64,000 bases of DNA from Eledone cirrhosa (taxonomy: Eukaryota), in NCBI GenBank assembly GCA_964016885.1, contig OZ024755.1:29264001-29328000 (forward strand). Direction: 5' to 3'. Both the position numbers and the translations under genes were made by a program. Under the pieces are notes generated by a model. It was given only the letters and a program-made list of their open reading frames with translations, was not told the DNA's origin and searched no databases. Below, piece after piece: positions 1-14,311 of this stretch. Every line of letters begins with the position of its first letter. Within the stretch, counting starts at the first letter, position 1.

Positions 1-526
1 AAATCCCGCCGAGGTTGACTTTGTCTTTCATCCTTACGGGGTCGATAAAATAAAGTACCAGTAATGCACTGAATAATTGCTGGCCTTGTGCCTAAAGTAG
101 AAACAATTATTATATAGAAAACGATGGATTGGCAATATCAGTAGATGGTCGGACGCCATGCTTTGCAGCGTAGAGTTACGCCCCTTTATGATCTGAGTTC
201 AAATCCCGCAGAGGTTAACTTTGCCTTTCATCCTTACGGAGTCGATAAAATAAAGTACCAGTCACGCACTGGGGTCGATTTAATCGACTTTCCCCTCCGC
301 CAAAATTGCTGGCGTTGTGTCTATATAAGAAACCATTTAGATTGGCAGTATTGCTAGAGGGTCGGACGCCATGCTTTGCAGCATAGAGTTACGACCGTTT
401 ATCATCTGAGTTCAAATCCCGCCGAGGTTAACTTTGCCTTTCAACCTTACGAGGTCGATAAAATAATGTACCCGTAATGCACTGGTTTAATTGCTGGCCT
501 TGTGCCAAAAGTAGAAACAATTATTA
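1..526 (+). mobile_element. Three adjacent copies of a tRNA-derived Nin-domain SINE (1-113 partial, 125-333, 338-526)
   Basis: A-box-like TGGCAGTATCGGTAG, B-box GAGTTCAAATCC, central GCCTTTCATCCTTACGGGGTCGATAAAATAAAGTACCAG resembling the Nin domain, tail GGCCTTGTGCCTAAAGTAGAAACAATTATT; the same ~190-bp unit recurs about 35 times in the window. Confidence 0.9.
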
Positions 527-1253
527 TATAGAAAACGGGGACATTCTTTTGTTTCATAAATGTACTTGGATCGAGATTAAGTCATAGATTTTGTTTTCAA
601 CTTGCTGTTGTAGAAGTGTAACAGAAACGTGTTTGATTGTTAACGATATTTTGATTGCTGATTATAGTATTTATACTTCTAAAACAGCTTTAAATATGTG
701 ATAAATGATTTTAAAAGGAATTGTTGCCTCTTGAAAGTAGGAATACTGGAGTGATTTCCAAGTGAGATTAATAAAAACAATTATTTTCTTTCATAGAAAA
801 TATAGGATCAAACCATTGAGACATGATTTATAAACACAAGAATGTGAGGAGGTCTTGTACCATAAATTATAAAACTACATCATCGAATCACCAAGTCTAA
901 ACTTATCTACTGTAAAATTATTGTTATGTTTTTCCTCGTACAAACAAGAACCTATCTCATTTTCAAATGTCAGGTTTTGATAAACCTTCTAATTTTTCTA
1001 CCCATAAGTATATTATATGCAGTCTTCGGGATAATGTTTTAGCTGAGTGAACAACATAGTAACAGTAGAGTGGTGGTGGTAGTGGTGGTGGTGGTGGTGG
1101 TGGTGGTAGTAGTAGTAGTGGTGGTTTAACTCTTTTGATACCAAACTGTCTGAAACTACTCCAGATTCTGTAAAACAAAAATGTTTATTTTATGGCGCAT
1201 ATATTTATGTAAAGAAAAACAAAAGAAAACTATCATAATATTGTTATGTTCTA

Positions 1254-1424
1254 TCGGTAGGGGGTCGGACGCCATGCTTTCCAGCATAGTTACGTCCCTT
1301 TACGATCTGAGTTCAAATCCTGCCGAGGTTGACTTTGCCTTTCATCCTTACGAGGTCGATAAAATAAAGTACCAGTAATGCACTGGGTATTTGCTGGCCT
1401 TGTGCCTAAAGTAGAAACAGTTAT
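1254..1424 (+). mobile_element. Nin-domain SINE copy
   Basis: Near-consensus match to the recurrent unit. Confidence 0.9.
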
Positions 1425-1650
1425 GTTCTAAACACCAGCTTAATAATATGTAGGGGATTAAATCAATCCCATCACTGCACCAGGGCTTGATGTACACAAC
1501 CACAAGGATATGGTGTGAACGTGGAAGAGCCGAACTCCCTCTAGCAACGCCTCTACAAGGTAGTAACCACACTATCCGGGAGCTTCCAACCGACATGGTT
1601 GCATTCTTTAAGGGTATGTCAATATTTGTTTATAAAACTGATCTATATTA

Positions 1651-1716
1651 TATTTTATCTGATGAAAGCGCACAATAGTTGGCTTTGGTGGCCCTTGAAA
1701 TATGTATAATGAAATA
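1651..1716 (+). ncRNA. Type I hammerhead ribozyme fold, family A, in a Penelope-like terminal fragment (~1612-1745) ending at (TA)n
   Basis: TATTTTAT / CTGATGA / stem II AAG-C-GCAC..GTGGC-C-CTT / GAAA TATGTA TA / ATGAAATA pairing back to TATTTTAT. Confidence 0.65.
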
Positions 1717-1747
1717 AATATGGTTTTATAAATATAGTTTCCATGTG

Positions 1748-1833
<86 letters not shown>

Positions 1834-2268
1834 TATATATATATATATATGCATATATATATAAGAGGGCGAGGATCTTTCTTTATTAAACAATCAAATA
1901 TGCATATATATAGGAGGGCGAGGATCTTTCTTTATTAAACAATCAAAGTGCCAAGTTTAACAGCTAATTTAATTGTTAGATATTGCATCTTTGTTATTTC
2001 AAAACAATATAATATCTCTCACTATACACAGTTTCCATAGAGATAAAGAAACCGCTTGGCATCTATTTAGCGATACCGAGATGTAATTAAGTCGAAACAC
2101 AGCTGTTAGATTGGAGTGATTCATTTGTTCAAGAGACAGAACACATAGGAGAAATAATTTGAGCGTTTCTTGTGTTTGATTTGTTCATATTTGCTTACGA
2201 GTATGGAATTAACTGTAATCCGATAAGAACATTTACACGCACACACAACACACACAACACACACACAC

Positions 2269-2313
<45 letters not shown>

Positions 2314-2759
2314 CATATACATATATATATATATATATACATGCACATACACCTAAATATATACTATATAAATATAAATACATAACAATGACTTTGCACA
2401 CGTATACTGGATGTATAACCCGGCCTTTCTCAGAAGATAACTAAGTTGACGGCCAATTAGCTAAAATAACATTGTGGTATGGATGACATGCAGGTTTATG
2501 TTTCCCGTATTTTCATATTATTTTATACACAGCTATGAGTATTAATTTTACATCCGGAAAATGGACTTCTTTTCCAGTAACATATTATATATATATCAGA
2601 TATTGAGTTTGAAACTCAAAATAGTCTCTTACAATTAAATAACTCCAAGAAAGAAGTTTTTCTGAGCCGTGTAATATAATTGAATATACAAGAGAGATAA
2701 ACACAAATATAAACATACATGTGTTCGAATTATAAAGGACCAAGATCACTAGTGAACTA

Positions 2760-3239
2760 TTTAGGAAGGCCTTTGATTCTGTGGACCGTCACTGCCTGAT
2801 GAAGATCTTACAGGCTTATGGAATCCCCAAGAAGATAGTGGACCTGATATCACTGCTCTACACCAACACCAAAGCTCAAGTCATTACACCTGATGGGATG
2901 ACAGAGTTCTTTGAGATACTGGCTGGAGTGCTCCAGGGAGATACATTGGCTCCCTACCTTTTTATCATCGTAGTGGACTATTGTATGCGCCTGGCACTGG
3001 AGAAACACCAGGACTCTGGCTTTACTGTAGCACCGGCTCAGAGCAGGAGAGTTAAGGCGAATAAGATATCGGATGCTGAATTTGACGACGACATAGTTTT
3101 GGTGACAAATACAGTGAAGGAGGCAGAGGATTTGATGCAGGAGGTTGAGACTGTGTCGATGAGTGTGGGGCTGAGAATGAATGAGACTAAGACAAAATGT
3201 CTGGTAGAAAATGTTGAGGAGAAGCCAGAGGGGATTACT
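2760..3239 (+). mobile_element. RTE-clade non-LTR retrotransposon reverse transcriptase fragment
   Basis: FRKAFDSVD..LQAYGIP..GVLQGDTLAPYLF..EFDDDIVL (degenerate FADD)..GLRMNETKTK; truncated by (TA)n. Confidence 0.9.
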
Positions 3240-3241
3240 AA

Positions 3242-3297
<56 letters not shown>

Positions 3298-3436
3298 TGG
3301 TGGCTTTCCAGAGGGATCGGGAAAAGCACAGAAGGAAAGCTCTCAATACTTTAGAAACTATTTCTACAGGATTAGAATTGTTTCATTCACATGAAAACAC
3401 CAGGAATGTCATTTCTGTAATATATATATATATATA

Positions 3437-3734
<298 letters not shown>

Positions 3735-3871
3735 TGTGTTCAATGATAGGGGGTAAAAACCACCAGAGTGACGATCATATTAACTACGGAAGGAATGGTG
3801 GATATAAATAAAAAAAAAAGAATATGTAATGTTATTACCATTCATATTAAGAGACGAGATGGCATCCTTAC

Positions 3872-3949
<78 letters not shown>

Positions 3950-3951
3950 GC

Positions 3952-3986
<35 letters not shown>

Positions 3987-5339
3987 CGTGTGGATATTAC
4001 GGTGGTGTTGAGTTGTGTCGAAACCACAAAATTTGGCGGTTGTGAAACTGAAAAGAATTAGGTGTGTATATAAAATTATTGTTGTCTTGTGATATGTGTA
4101 TGAGTGTGTGCGCGTCTGTACCACTTGTATAAAGACATGTTTTTTTAGATGCTACAGATAAAAAAGAATATATAAAAATAGAGAAATATATATGTGTGCT
4201 TGTGTGCCTATATGTATGTGTACATAACGGTAAGTTTTGGTGGAACGTAGGAGTGCCGTAATTGCATACAATTTGTCTTGGGACTTTAAAACCTGAGGGA
4301 ACCCATCATCTCTCAAGGTGTGAACAGTGCTGAATCCTTTCTGATATATTTAATTTTGTATAAATGTATGTGTAGTGTATATCTGTGTAAGTGTCTCTGT
4401 ATATGTAAATATTTATCAGATTCTTTTTATCGTGTGTTGGATTTTGAAAGTTTTTTCCCATCGGTTCATTGAATATATTTGGTTTTATTACATATTTTCA
4501 CACAGATATAGATATTATACCTATGCTGAATAAATATATATATAAATATATGTATATATACTATCCTAGATTTATTACCATGCTGATAGGAAGTTATGTA
4601 CACAGAATAGATCGATATTTTGACATGTGATTCAACCAAAATCACAACGAATATATACATATGTAATTCGCCAGGAAGATGAATGAATAAGTTACATTTT
4701 ACAGAATATTAAATATTCTTTACACATAAACAATGTTTTATAACAATAGAATATTAAGTGGCTTTCGTTGTAAACCAATTATGAGTATCCGGTTTCTTCG
4801 TTTTATGAGAATGACATCCGTGTTATTGCTTTGACAGTTACAATATTTCTCATGTCAGTGCTGTTGACAATAGTTAGGACGACGTTTTTCATTGCACATG
4901 TTTATTACATGTTTGCTCTACCTTTTTCTATATTGCTCTTTGCCTTTGTCGTATACACTGTAGGACATTGTTCTTTATTCATAAAATGTGGATTCTATAC
5001 CGATTAGTAATAGTTCAGAAATTCCAAAATGAATGTGTACAATAAACAGAAAATTTCATCAAAGAACATGCTATGATCGACAGTTAAGAATAAAATAGAA
5101 ATAAAACAATTGTAAAACTTCAGAAAATGCAAAGATCTAAAAATCTGAAAGGATTTATATAACCAAATATAAACATCAAGTAAAAAATATAAATAATGTA
5201 ACTTTTAACACCGTTGTGATTAAATCATATATGTACTAGCATATCGTCTATAGTATAGCAGGATCATAACAGTAGAAATTCCTAATCATTCCACTAATCA
5301 AACGTGTGCGCTCAGGCGCACACGCGCGCACGCACGCAC

Positions 5340-5489
<150 letters not shown>

Positions 5490-5651
5490 ATTTCAGTTTA
5501 TTTTGATCATGCTTTTTTTATTTAAATTTATTTCATTCCTTGTATTTTGATCATGTTTTTTTTTTTTTTTTCATTCGCACCGTTTCCGTTCGCTATTTGT
5601 CTCTCCACCACTCCCCTACACACCCTTTGAACTCTGTTCCCACACACTTCT

Positions 5652-5685
5652 CACCTGAGGAAGCGCTTATGCCCGAAACGTCGTC
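5652..5685 (+). ncRNA. Minimal Penelope-type hammerhead (slightly decayed)
   Basis: CAC CTGAGGA A GCGC TTAT GCCC GAAA CG TC GT, followed by AATAAA at ~5721 as in Penelope pLTR 3' ends; one mismatch each in stems I and II. Confidence 0.65.
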
Positions 5686-5796
5686 CCCCACCAACACCCC
5701 ACTCTCCAGAGCGTGAAATTAATAAACATTCGTTGTACTGCCTCTCTGTTTTGTCCCTGTTCAAATTTTTCCACTATATATATATATATATATATA

Positions 5797-5925
5797 AAAC
5801 AAAGAAAGTGTGGTAAGATTCCAGGTGGACCTTAACGCACCAGAGTACTCGATACTTAGGGTAGTAGAGTGGGTAATAGGAAAAAAGTCAGGACCCCGAT
5901 GGCTTAGCTCCGGCTTCAAATATGA
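5797..5925 (-). mobile_element. Family B Penelope-like terminal fragment
   Basis: Reverse complement of the 3490-3601 unit, adjacent to (TA)n. Confidence 0.6.
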
Positions 5926-5979
5926 AAAAATTACTGAGCTTTTTAGCTTGCTTGATGCATCGTTGAATAGGAAAGAAAA

Positions 5980-6150
5980 ATTTGAATAATTTTGAAAACC
6001 AAACAATGTATTAGAAAGAAAATTAAAACGTTAAGATAAAAAAAAGATCTTACATTAGCAAATTTAAATTTGCTAAGGTAAGATTTTTTTGTATCTTAGC
6101 GATTTAATTTTCTTTCTTATACATTGTTTGGTTTTCAAAATTATTCAAAT
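5980..6150. repeat. Spacerless imperfect palindrome with ~85-bp arms
   Basis: ATTTGAATAATTTTGAAAACCAAACAATGTA..TTAGCAAATTT|AAATTTGCTAA..TACATTGTTTGGTTTTCAAAATTATTCAAAT. Confidence 0.9.
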
Positions 6151-6526
6151 AAAAAAAAAATGAATTACGATTCAAGGTTCCACACGTTCCTTGCTTAGAA
6201 ACTAGCATTGTTATTTCAGGAAGTGGTTAGGAAAATGAAGAAATGTTGAATGACAACATCATTATAATGAGTGCTATAGCGTAGCAGCAATGCATGAAGA
6301 CTAAGCATCGTAGTACAGTATGTGCATTAACATTTTGTCTTATCCCTACATTACACTCTTTAGATGCGCTAGGAGTATTTCAATCACATTTGAAGTGATT
6401 CAAGTATTGGACTGTCTCTAATGGAACCCGCGGGAATGCACGAACAGTTCAAACTGTTAATACGTATATTTATCTTCCATGTTTGCATTAATCGCTCTGT
6501 TCACCCGCTTGCGCTCACAAGTAAAA

Positions 6527-6642
<116 letters not shown>

Positions 6643-6670
6643 GCATGTATGTATGTATGTATGTATGTAT

Positions 6671-7695
6671 GTTCTTCAGGTTTTATAATTTCACAAATTA
6701 TTTCCCAATAGAGAGAGAGTCGGTTTCTAACATAGACACAAGACTCTCTCATTGGAATTTACACAACATCAACTAGGTAGATTATGTATGCATGTCTGCA
6801 TGTGTAGATATGGATGTTATTGTATATGTGGATGTTTTGAGTTGTATGTATGTATATGCTTTTTATCTGTACATGTGTATATGCAGTTATTAGATGCAAA
6901 ATGTTTTGAATGTTTTACATATTTTTACTGTTCCATTAATGGATTCTACTTGTAATTTCCTAAGTAGTTGTGTTCTTTCCGTTACTGTGAAGCCTAGCTT
7001 CTCAAGATTTGTATTGAGGCAGTTACTAACATACCCCAGTGTCCCAATAATCACAGGCATAAATCTGAAGGTGTAATCAGGGTGGAGTATCTGCAGATTT
7101 CTCATCAGTTCTGCATAAATATTCTCCCTTTCGCTAATCTTTGATATTATATTGGCATCTGCTGGGCAGCTAACTTCCACTACTGTGCATGCTTTCTTCA
7201 ACCTGTCCCATACCATAATATCTGGTCTGTTCTGCCTGTATTTTATTTGGGTTTTTACTGGAACATTCCATCAGTCTCTTTCATATTATGTACGTGGATG
7301 TCTTCCACATTGCTGTAGCTTTTAATGTTTTTATTATCGGGGCTATCGTTTTTACGAACTGTATTGTACAGTGTTTTGGCCACTACACATCATGCCTCAT
7401 AGGTAGATAGTACCGCGATGATATCTTTGGCAGCTGCTGATGACATGGGTGATATCCTCGATGTTAGTTCTACAGAGTCTGCACTTGTTATCACATCTAG
7501 GCGTTTTGCCCTGCATCCCTATCTCTTTTGTGAATCAGGTATTTCGTGCTAATCTCCTGTTCTTGGATTACAAAAGCGTATCCTTCAAAGTGGGAGCCAA
7601 TATAGCGGTTGTTGGTCCAAGATAGACTACTTTCCTTATCTATATTACTCTCACTCTTGAGCTTCCTGGCAACATATCCATGCATGATTTTTTGC
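6671..7695 (-). mobile_element. 5'-truncated R4/Dong-like LINE (CCHC knuckle + restriction-like endonuclease + 3' UTR), disrupted
   Basis: HGYVARK..SHFEGYAFVIQEQEISTKY, CRLC..EDITHVISSC, RHD, RPDIMVWD..VVEVSCP..PVIIGTLG; (TATG)n-type tracts on both sides. Confidence 0.85.
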
Positions 7696-8156
7696 ATGTA
7701 TGTATGTACGAACGTATGTATGTACAAACGTATGTATGTATGCATGCATGCATGCATGTATGTATGTACGTATGCACGTACGTATATATGTATGCATGTA
7801 TGCACAGTCTTTCCTCACTTTAAAAAATCTCTTCACGATAGAATTAATTAATAATTATTAATAATGGAATATCGTGCAATGGCCATACTCGATAAGAAGG
7901 GGGCATCCATCATCATGTATGTATGTATGTATGTATGTATGTATGTATGTATGTATGTATGTATGTATGTATGTACGTGCCTACGTATATATGTATGTAC
8001 GCATGTATGTATGTATGTACGTACGTACGTATGCATATATGTCTGTACGAACGTATGTATGTATGTATGAATGAATGAATGCATGTATGTATGCATGTAT
8101 GTACATATTACGTATGTATGTATGTATAAATGATATTCTGGTTTTATTATTTGATA

Positions 8157-8342
8157 AGGGCAGTGGATTGGCAGTATCGGTAGATGGCCGGACGCCAAGC
8201 ATAGAGTTACGGCCCTTGCCGTTCTGAGTTCAAATCCCGCCGAGGTTAACTTTGCCTTTCATCCTTACGGGGTCGATTAAATAAAGTACCAGTAATACAC
8301 TGGGATAATTGCTGGCCTTGTGCCAAAAGTAGAAACAATTAT
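8157..8342 (+). mobile_element. Nin-domain SINE copy
   Basis: Match to the recurrent unit. Confidence 0.9.
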
Positions 8343-8349
8343 TTGATAA

Positions 8350-8720
8350 ATGTTCACCAATAGAGAGAGCATTGGTTTCTAACATAGAATCAAGGTTACT
8401 TTCATTGGAATATAAACAACTAGGTAGATGCGTATGTATGACTGCATGACTGCATGACTGCATGACTGTATGATTTTAGGCATGGGTGTATAGGCATGGG
8501 TCTTATTGCATGTGTAGTTCAGTAGTTTGAGTCATGAAAGTATATGTACATATGCCTCTCTATCTATGCATTTCTTATGCAGTTATTACAAGCTGAATTT
8601 CTGAAATGCTTTACATATTTTTATAGTTCCAATACCGGACTGTAGTAGCAACTTCCTACCGTGCCTCTTCTGGTCCTGTGAAGCTGAGGTTCTTAAGATT
8701 TGTACTGAGGTAGCATATAT
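8350..8720 (-). mobile_element. Second, more decayed 3' end of the same R4-like LINE family
   Basis: Aligns by eye with 6700-7030 (TTTACATATTTTTA..GTTCC, GTGAAGC..TTCT.AAGATTTGTA.TGAGG, GGTTTCTAACATAGA). Confidence 0.75.
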
Positions 8721-9363
8721 GCTAACATTAACGCAAACTTGTAAAATCTGTTTCATAGAAGAAGTTGAAAAAATGTGTTCAATGAAAGCTCAGCCATCAA
8801 CTTGTAGTTCCCAGCATGTTTTTGATATAATTTTCTGTTTATTGTACGCATTAAGTTTGGGATTCCTGAACTATTATTAATCTGTATAGAGTCCACATTT
8901 TATGCCATATGAACAATGTCCCACAGTTTATACGACAAAGGCAAATAGCAAAAGGTAGAGCAAGCATGTATTAAATATATGCATTGAAACACGTCGTCCT
9001 AACTATTTTCTTTTCATCAAATGACGAAAACAGAACTTGAATTACCACATAATACTACATGGATTTATATCAGAGAATAATTATGTATTTTTCTTTAAAA
9101 TATGCAGAGTTAACAATTATGTAAGATATATTAGCGACGTCTGTAAATGGCTGAAAGTTTATGCTAAGGGAAAATTCAAAAACAGGCAATCCTAAAGAAT
9201 AAGTGCACAAATAGAGTGTAAAAATTAAAATCTAAAATATTGCATAGTCTTTATCGGCTACAAACGTAAACTATACATGACAAACCGAAAATGTATATAA
9301 CAAAATTCTCTACTAAATTCATATCTCTAGAAAGCAATAGGCTAAATACAAACAATAATATTA

Positions 9364-9556
9364 ATAATTGTTTCTACTTTTGGCACAAGACCAGCAAATA
9401 CCCAGTGTATTACTGGTACTTTATTTTATCGACCCCGTAAGGATGAAAGGTAAAGTTAACCTCGACGGGATATGAACTCAGAATGGCAATGGACGTAACT
9501 ATATGCGTCAAAGCATGGCGTCCGACCCTCTACCGAGACTGCCAATCCACCGCCCT
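9364..9556 (-). mobile_element. Full-length Nin-domain SINE with target-site duplication
   Basis: Flanked by AACAATAATATTAATAA at ~9351 and ~9557. Confidence 0.9.
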
Positions 9557-9645
9557 AACAATAATATTAATAAAGTTTTATATTGAATATTTAACCAAGT
9601 AACTAGCAGTGTTTTATTATTTCTGACAATTACACTTTAATAATA

Positions 9646-9756
<111 letters not shown>

Positions 9757-9901
9757 ATACTTTGGGAGGGTCATGTTGCCAATAAGAAACACACGCACCA
9801 GTAGCTTTCACTTCAAGTTGTTATAAATTAAATTTATAAATTTAGGAATTTATAAATTTCCGGTTGGTTCCACAACCAGACCATTGTTCATATATTGTCA
9901 T

Positions 9902-9944
9902 GTCAAAGTTCTTTCGTCACAGATTCTGTGACCTCTTCAGTGAC
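9902..9944 (-). ncRNA. Type I hammerhead fold, family C (Penelope-like end 9752-9960 terminating at (TA)n)
   Basis: Minus strand GTCA CTGAAGA G GTCACAG AAT CTGTGAC GAAA GAAC TT TGAC: perfect 4-bp stem I and 7-bp stem II. Confidence 0.75.
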
Positions 9945-10011
9945 GTTTTCAGATAAAGAATCTTGCTAAACAAATTCAGAAACGAAATTATATATATATA
10001 TATATATATAT

Positions 10012-10065
<54 letters not shown>

Positions 10066-11297
10066 GACAGACAGAGGCGGCACACAGACATGTCAACGCG
10101 CAGACACGCACACGCAGATACACCACACGCATACACAGACACACATATATGTATGGGGCGAATTTGTACGTGCATGGATGTGTGTGAATTCCACTAAAAG
10201 TTTATGACGTGAACACATTCATCATGGACATTTTAAACAAATTTCAATACCCATTATTTTCCATATTCTGTATAAAGGTGTAATAGACCTCCAAAGAATT
10301 ATTACCATTATGGTTGGATATTTGTATTACCATTCATATTATATACTTTCATAAGTTTTTCGATTTCTATCTTCGACAGAGAAACTATTTTTTGACCTTA
10401 ACTCAGCTGGTGAAAATCAGTTAGTATCAGGTAAATAGTTAATCCTACAATTTGATGAGATTTACTTGTATTGCATATATCAAATATAAATTAAAGCCGT
10501 ATACGAATCAATTTTTCGCAGATATTAACATCAAAATAAAAGGCTTATACTGCATGAATATTTATTTGTTTTATTTTGTATTTGTAAAATTAATTACAGA
10601 TACGAACCGCATTTTATTCTTAGATGGTTTCTCTCTGTTCAAATAATTCATTCTATGACGATGTTGATATAATCCGCTCGTTCATATGAAATATACTATT
10701 TCAAAGAATAGAATTCTTTCATGGATCACTCAGATTTCAAAACAGATATATTCTGAGCAAATAATAGAGAAGTGAAGCTCTTGATAAAGTATAACTTCCG
10801 ACAGGAATTGAAAATTAGTTATGTATAATATGTCATGTATATTACGACACATCAATCATCTATCATGGTAGGAGATATACTGTTTATATAGAATGCAATA
10901 TTGTCATTGGTAAGAACTTTCAATGAATAGATATAAAATGGTTTGCAATTACTAGTATGGCTTCTCCTTTTTCGTTCGTTGCCTTCCTTCGAAATTGTGA
11001 ATGCTCACGAAATATTGGGATTATGAATTAAGACATAATACTGATAGAAACATCGATGTCACATGCTTAAAAGAAACTTTCCATCTTTTAAAATGTTCCC
11101 GATTGATATATCATATACTACATGTACATTATATATGTACATTTCATGCTTACATTCAGACATTAAATGAACAGAGCCAACGTACCATTTGACCTTAATT
11201 TGTATATTGTTTGGGGCTACAAATATTACATTTCACCAACAGCTGTTTAATCCTGAAATATAATGTACAATGAGTGACTAATACTTTTCCAAACATT

Positions 11298-11683
11298 TGA
11301 GTTCAAATCCCGCCGAGGTTAACTTTGCCTTTCATCCTTACGGGGTCGATAAAATAAAGTACCAGTAATGCACTGGGTAAATGCTGGCCTTGTGCCAAAA
11401 GTATAAACAATTATGTTATACAATTCATACGATCTGAGTTCCCGCCGAGGTTAACTTTGCCTTTCATCCTTAAGAGGTCGATAAAATAAAATACCAGTAA
11501 TACACTGGTTAATTGCTGGCCTTGTACCAAAAGTAGAAACAATTATGTTATACAATTCATACGATCTGAGTTCAAATCCCGCCGAGGTTAACTTTGCCTT
11601 TCATCCTTGCGGGGTCGATAAAATAAAGTACCAGTAATGTACTGCGTATTTGCTGGCCTTGTGCCTAAAGTAGAAACAATTAT
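11298..11683 (+). mobile_element. Tandem triplet of 5'-truncated SINE copies
   Basis: Three ~130-bp units joined by identical GTTATACAATTCATACGATCTGAGTTC linkers. Confidence 0.9.
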
Positions 11684-12828
11684 GTTAGGTTTCCCTTTCA
11701 TTTGTTCGCCAATTTCACACTGAAATAAGGTCATCCGTAGAAGTGGCAGGATATAGCTCACAAAACCTTATTAACCAATTATTCATCCCTACACAGCTTC
11801 TTTAATCGCTAATTTACTCTTACACGATTGCTTCTGCTCTTACCAACCTGTTAATCTTACGCCATACGACACAAGCATTTCCGTTTCACTACCTACCATT
11901 CTTATTTAACTTTGTTGTGTTCTGTTCAATCACCATTTTCATATTAATGCCCCTGGTTACTGCGAAGGAGATCTGTTCTCTATAATTGACTCCCTGTCTG
12001 TGGTTACTAATGTCAAAGACATAACTATTAACTATTGTATCTTATTTTACTAAGATTTTTTTTCCCACTGTGATCGTTTGTGTATATTCGACCAAACTAT
12101 ATAGCCATTACGATAGAGCGACCTATTCCATATCTAGAGATTATGTGGGGCGTCTGGTTCATACTCCATTAAAATATTCGAAGTGAAGTAAACCAGCCAC
12201 AGACATAAAATTGTTTTAAAAGTTGACTGAATAATTATACCAGTGTGTTTGCTGTAATTAACAAATGATTTATTTAATAAGTTAATAAGCTACATTGATA
12301 GTGTTAGATAATGGAAGCTGTCAAAATATAATACTAAAAATACAAATATGTTTACAAACTTCATTCAAATGACACTTTGGTTTTAAAGTCAGCTGCTTTT
12401 AATGTGACAGACGACGTTTAATTTGTTAACATAATTGCTACATCAGTCTGCAAACATTAATTATCCTTAATTTATATCATTAACAAAGCAGTTTTTTTAG
12501 ATATCATTATACAGATGTAACGTGATAGTTGTCTATTACAGGTGCACTATTTGATATCATAAAATGTGTTGAAATATAAAATACAATATTACCAATACAA
12601 TAACGTATTGTTGTTTTCTTTTTACTTTGATGCGGTACATGAAACAAATATAATGATGTAAATAATTCATTTCTTTTACACAAGGTATCCACAAACAATA
12701 TATTTATTAAGACAAAATCACATCTACGCTTTGGAAAGTCAGTCAATATTTACATATCATGCAAATGTAACTTACCTATAGACACAATAGACACGCACTA
12801 ATTTGTGGGGGGGAAAAAATATATATAT

Positions 12829-13138
12829 ATATAATATAAAACGAAAAATCAGTGATGCAACTGGATTCAATTTATTGTATGTTACAATCGTTTCGCCAGC
12901 AGACATCTCGAGACACGTTCATTGTATGGATCTGTCTGATTCTGGAAACTGCAGCTTCTTCGGACACTGGCAATAATTCCGGATCAAAATTTCTCACAGT
13001 GTCCGAAAAAACCTGCAGTTTCCAGAATCAGACAGATCCATACAATGATCGTATCTCGAGCTGTCTGCCGGCGAAACAATTGTAACACACAATAAATTGA
13101 GTCCAGATGCATCACTGATTTTTCGTTTTATATTATAT
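12829..13138. repeat. Fold-back inverted repeat, ~140-bp arms, ~27-bp spacer
   Basis: Arms 12829-12969 and 12997-13138; the right arm has CGAAAC..AATAAA..TGCATC like a Penelope pLTR end. Confidence 0.9.
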
Positions 13139-13288
13139 CACACTCTGCTCTGTAAGAACATAGAGTGCTCAACCGGCATACCGCCTATGGAAGCGCCATA
13201 GCTACCATCAAACACACACACACATACATACATACATACATACATACATACATACATACATACATACATACATACATACATACATACA

Positions 13289-13335
<47 letters not shown>

Positions 13336-13473
13336 CATAGATTGCGTTATAAACAAAATAAAGTACCAGTAATGCACTGGGTATTTGCTGGCCTTGTGCT
13401 TAAAGTAGAAACAATTATTACAACAATATGACCCTCCCCAAGTATAACAATATAAATATATATATATATGTGT

Positions 13474-14044
<571 letters not shown>

Positions 14045-14092
14045 AGTAAGTATGTTTTGAAACAGTGAGCAGGTTTGAAATTATAAAATAGA

Positions 14093-14311
14093 ATAGCTTT
14101 CACCGTATTTTTCAACTAAAGAAATTTTAGTCTAATAATGGGGTTTAGAACCCTCAGATAAATGGAAAAAGATGAGTATTGACGTTCATGGGAGTCGAGT
14201 CCACATCGTTGGTTATCCATGTACGTCAAAACTCATCTTTTTCCATTTATCTGAGGGTTCTAAACCCCATTATCAGACTAAAATTTCTTTAATTGAAAAA
14301 TACGGTGAAAG

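Noticed and set aside
2066-2112. CGAAACACAGCTGTT hammerhead-like 3' half
   Set aside because: No CTGANGA core upstream
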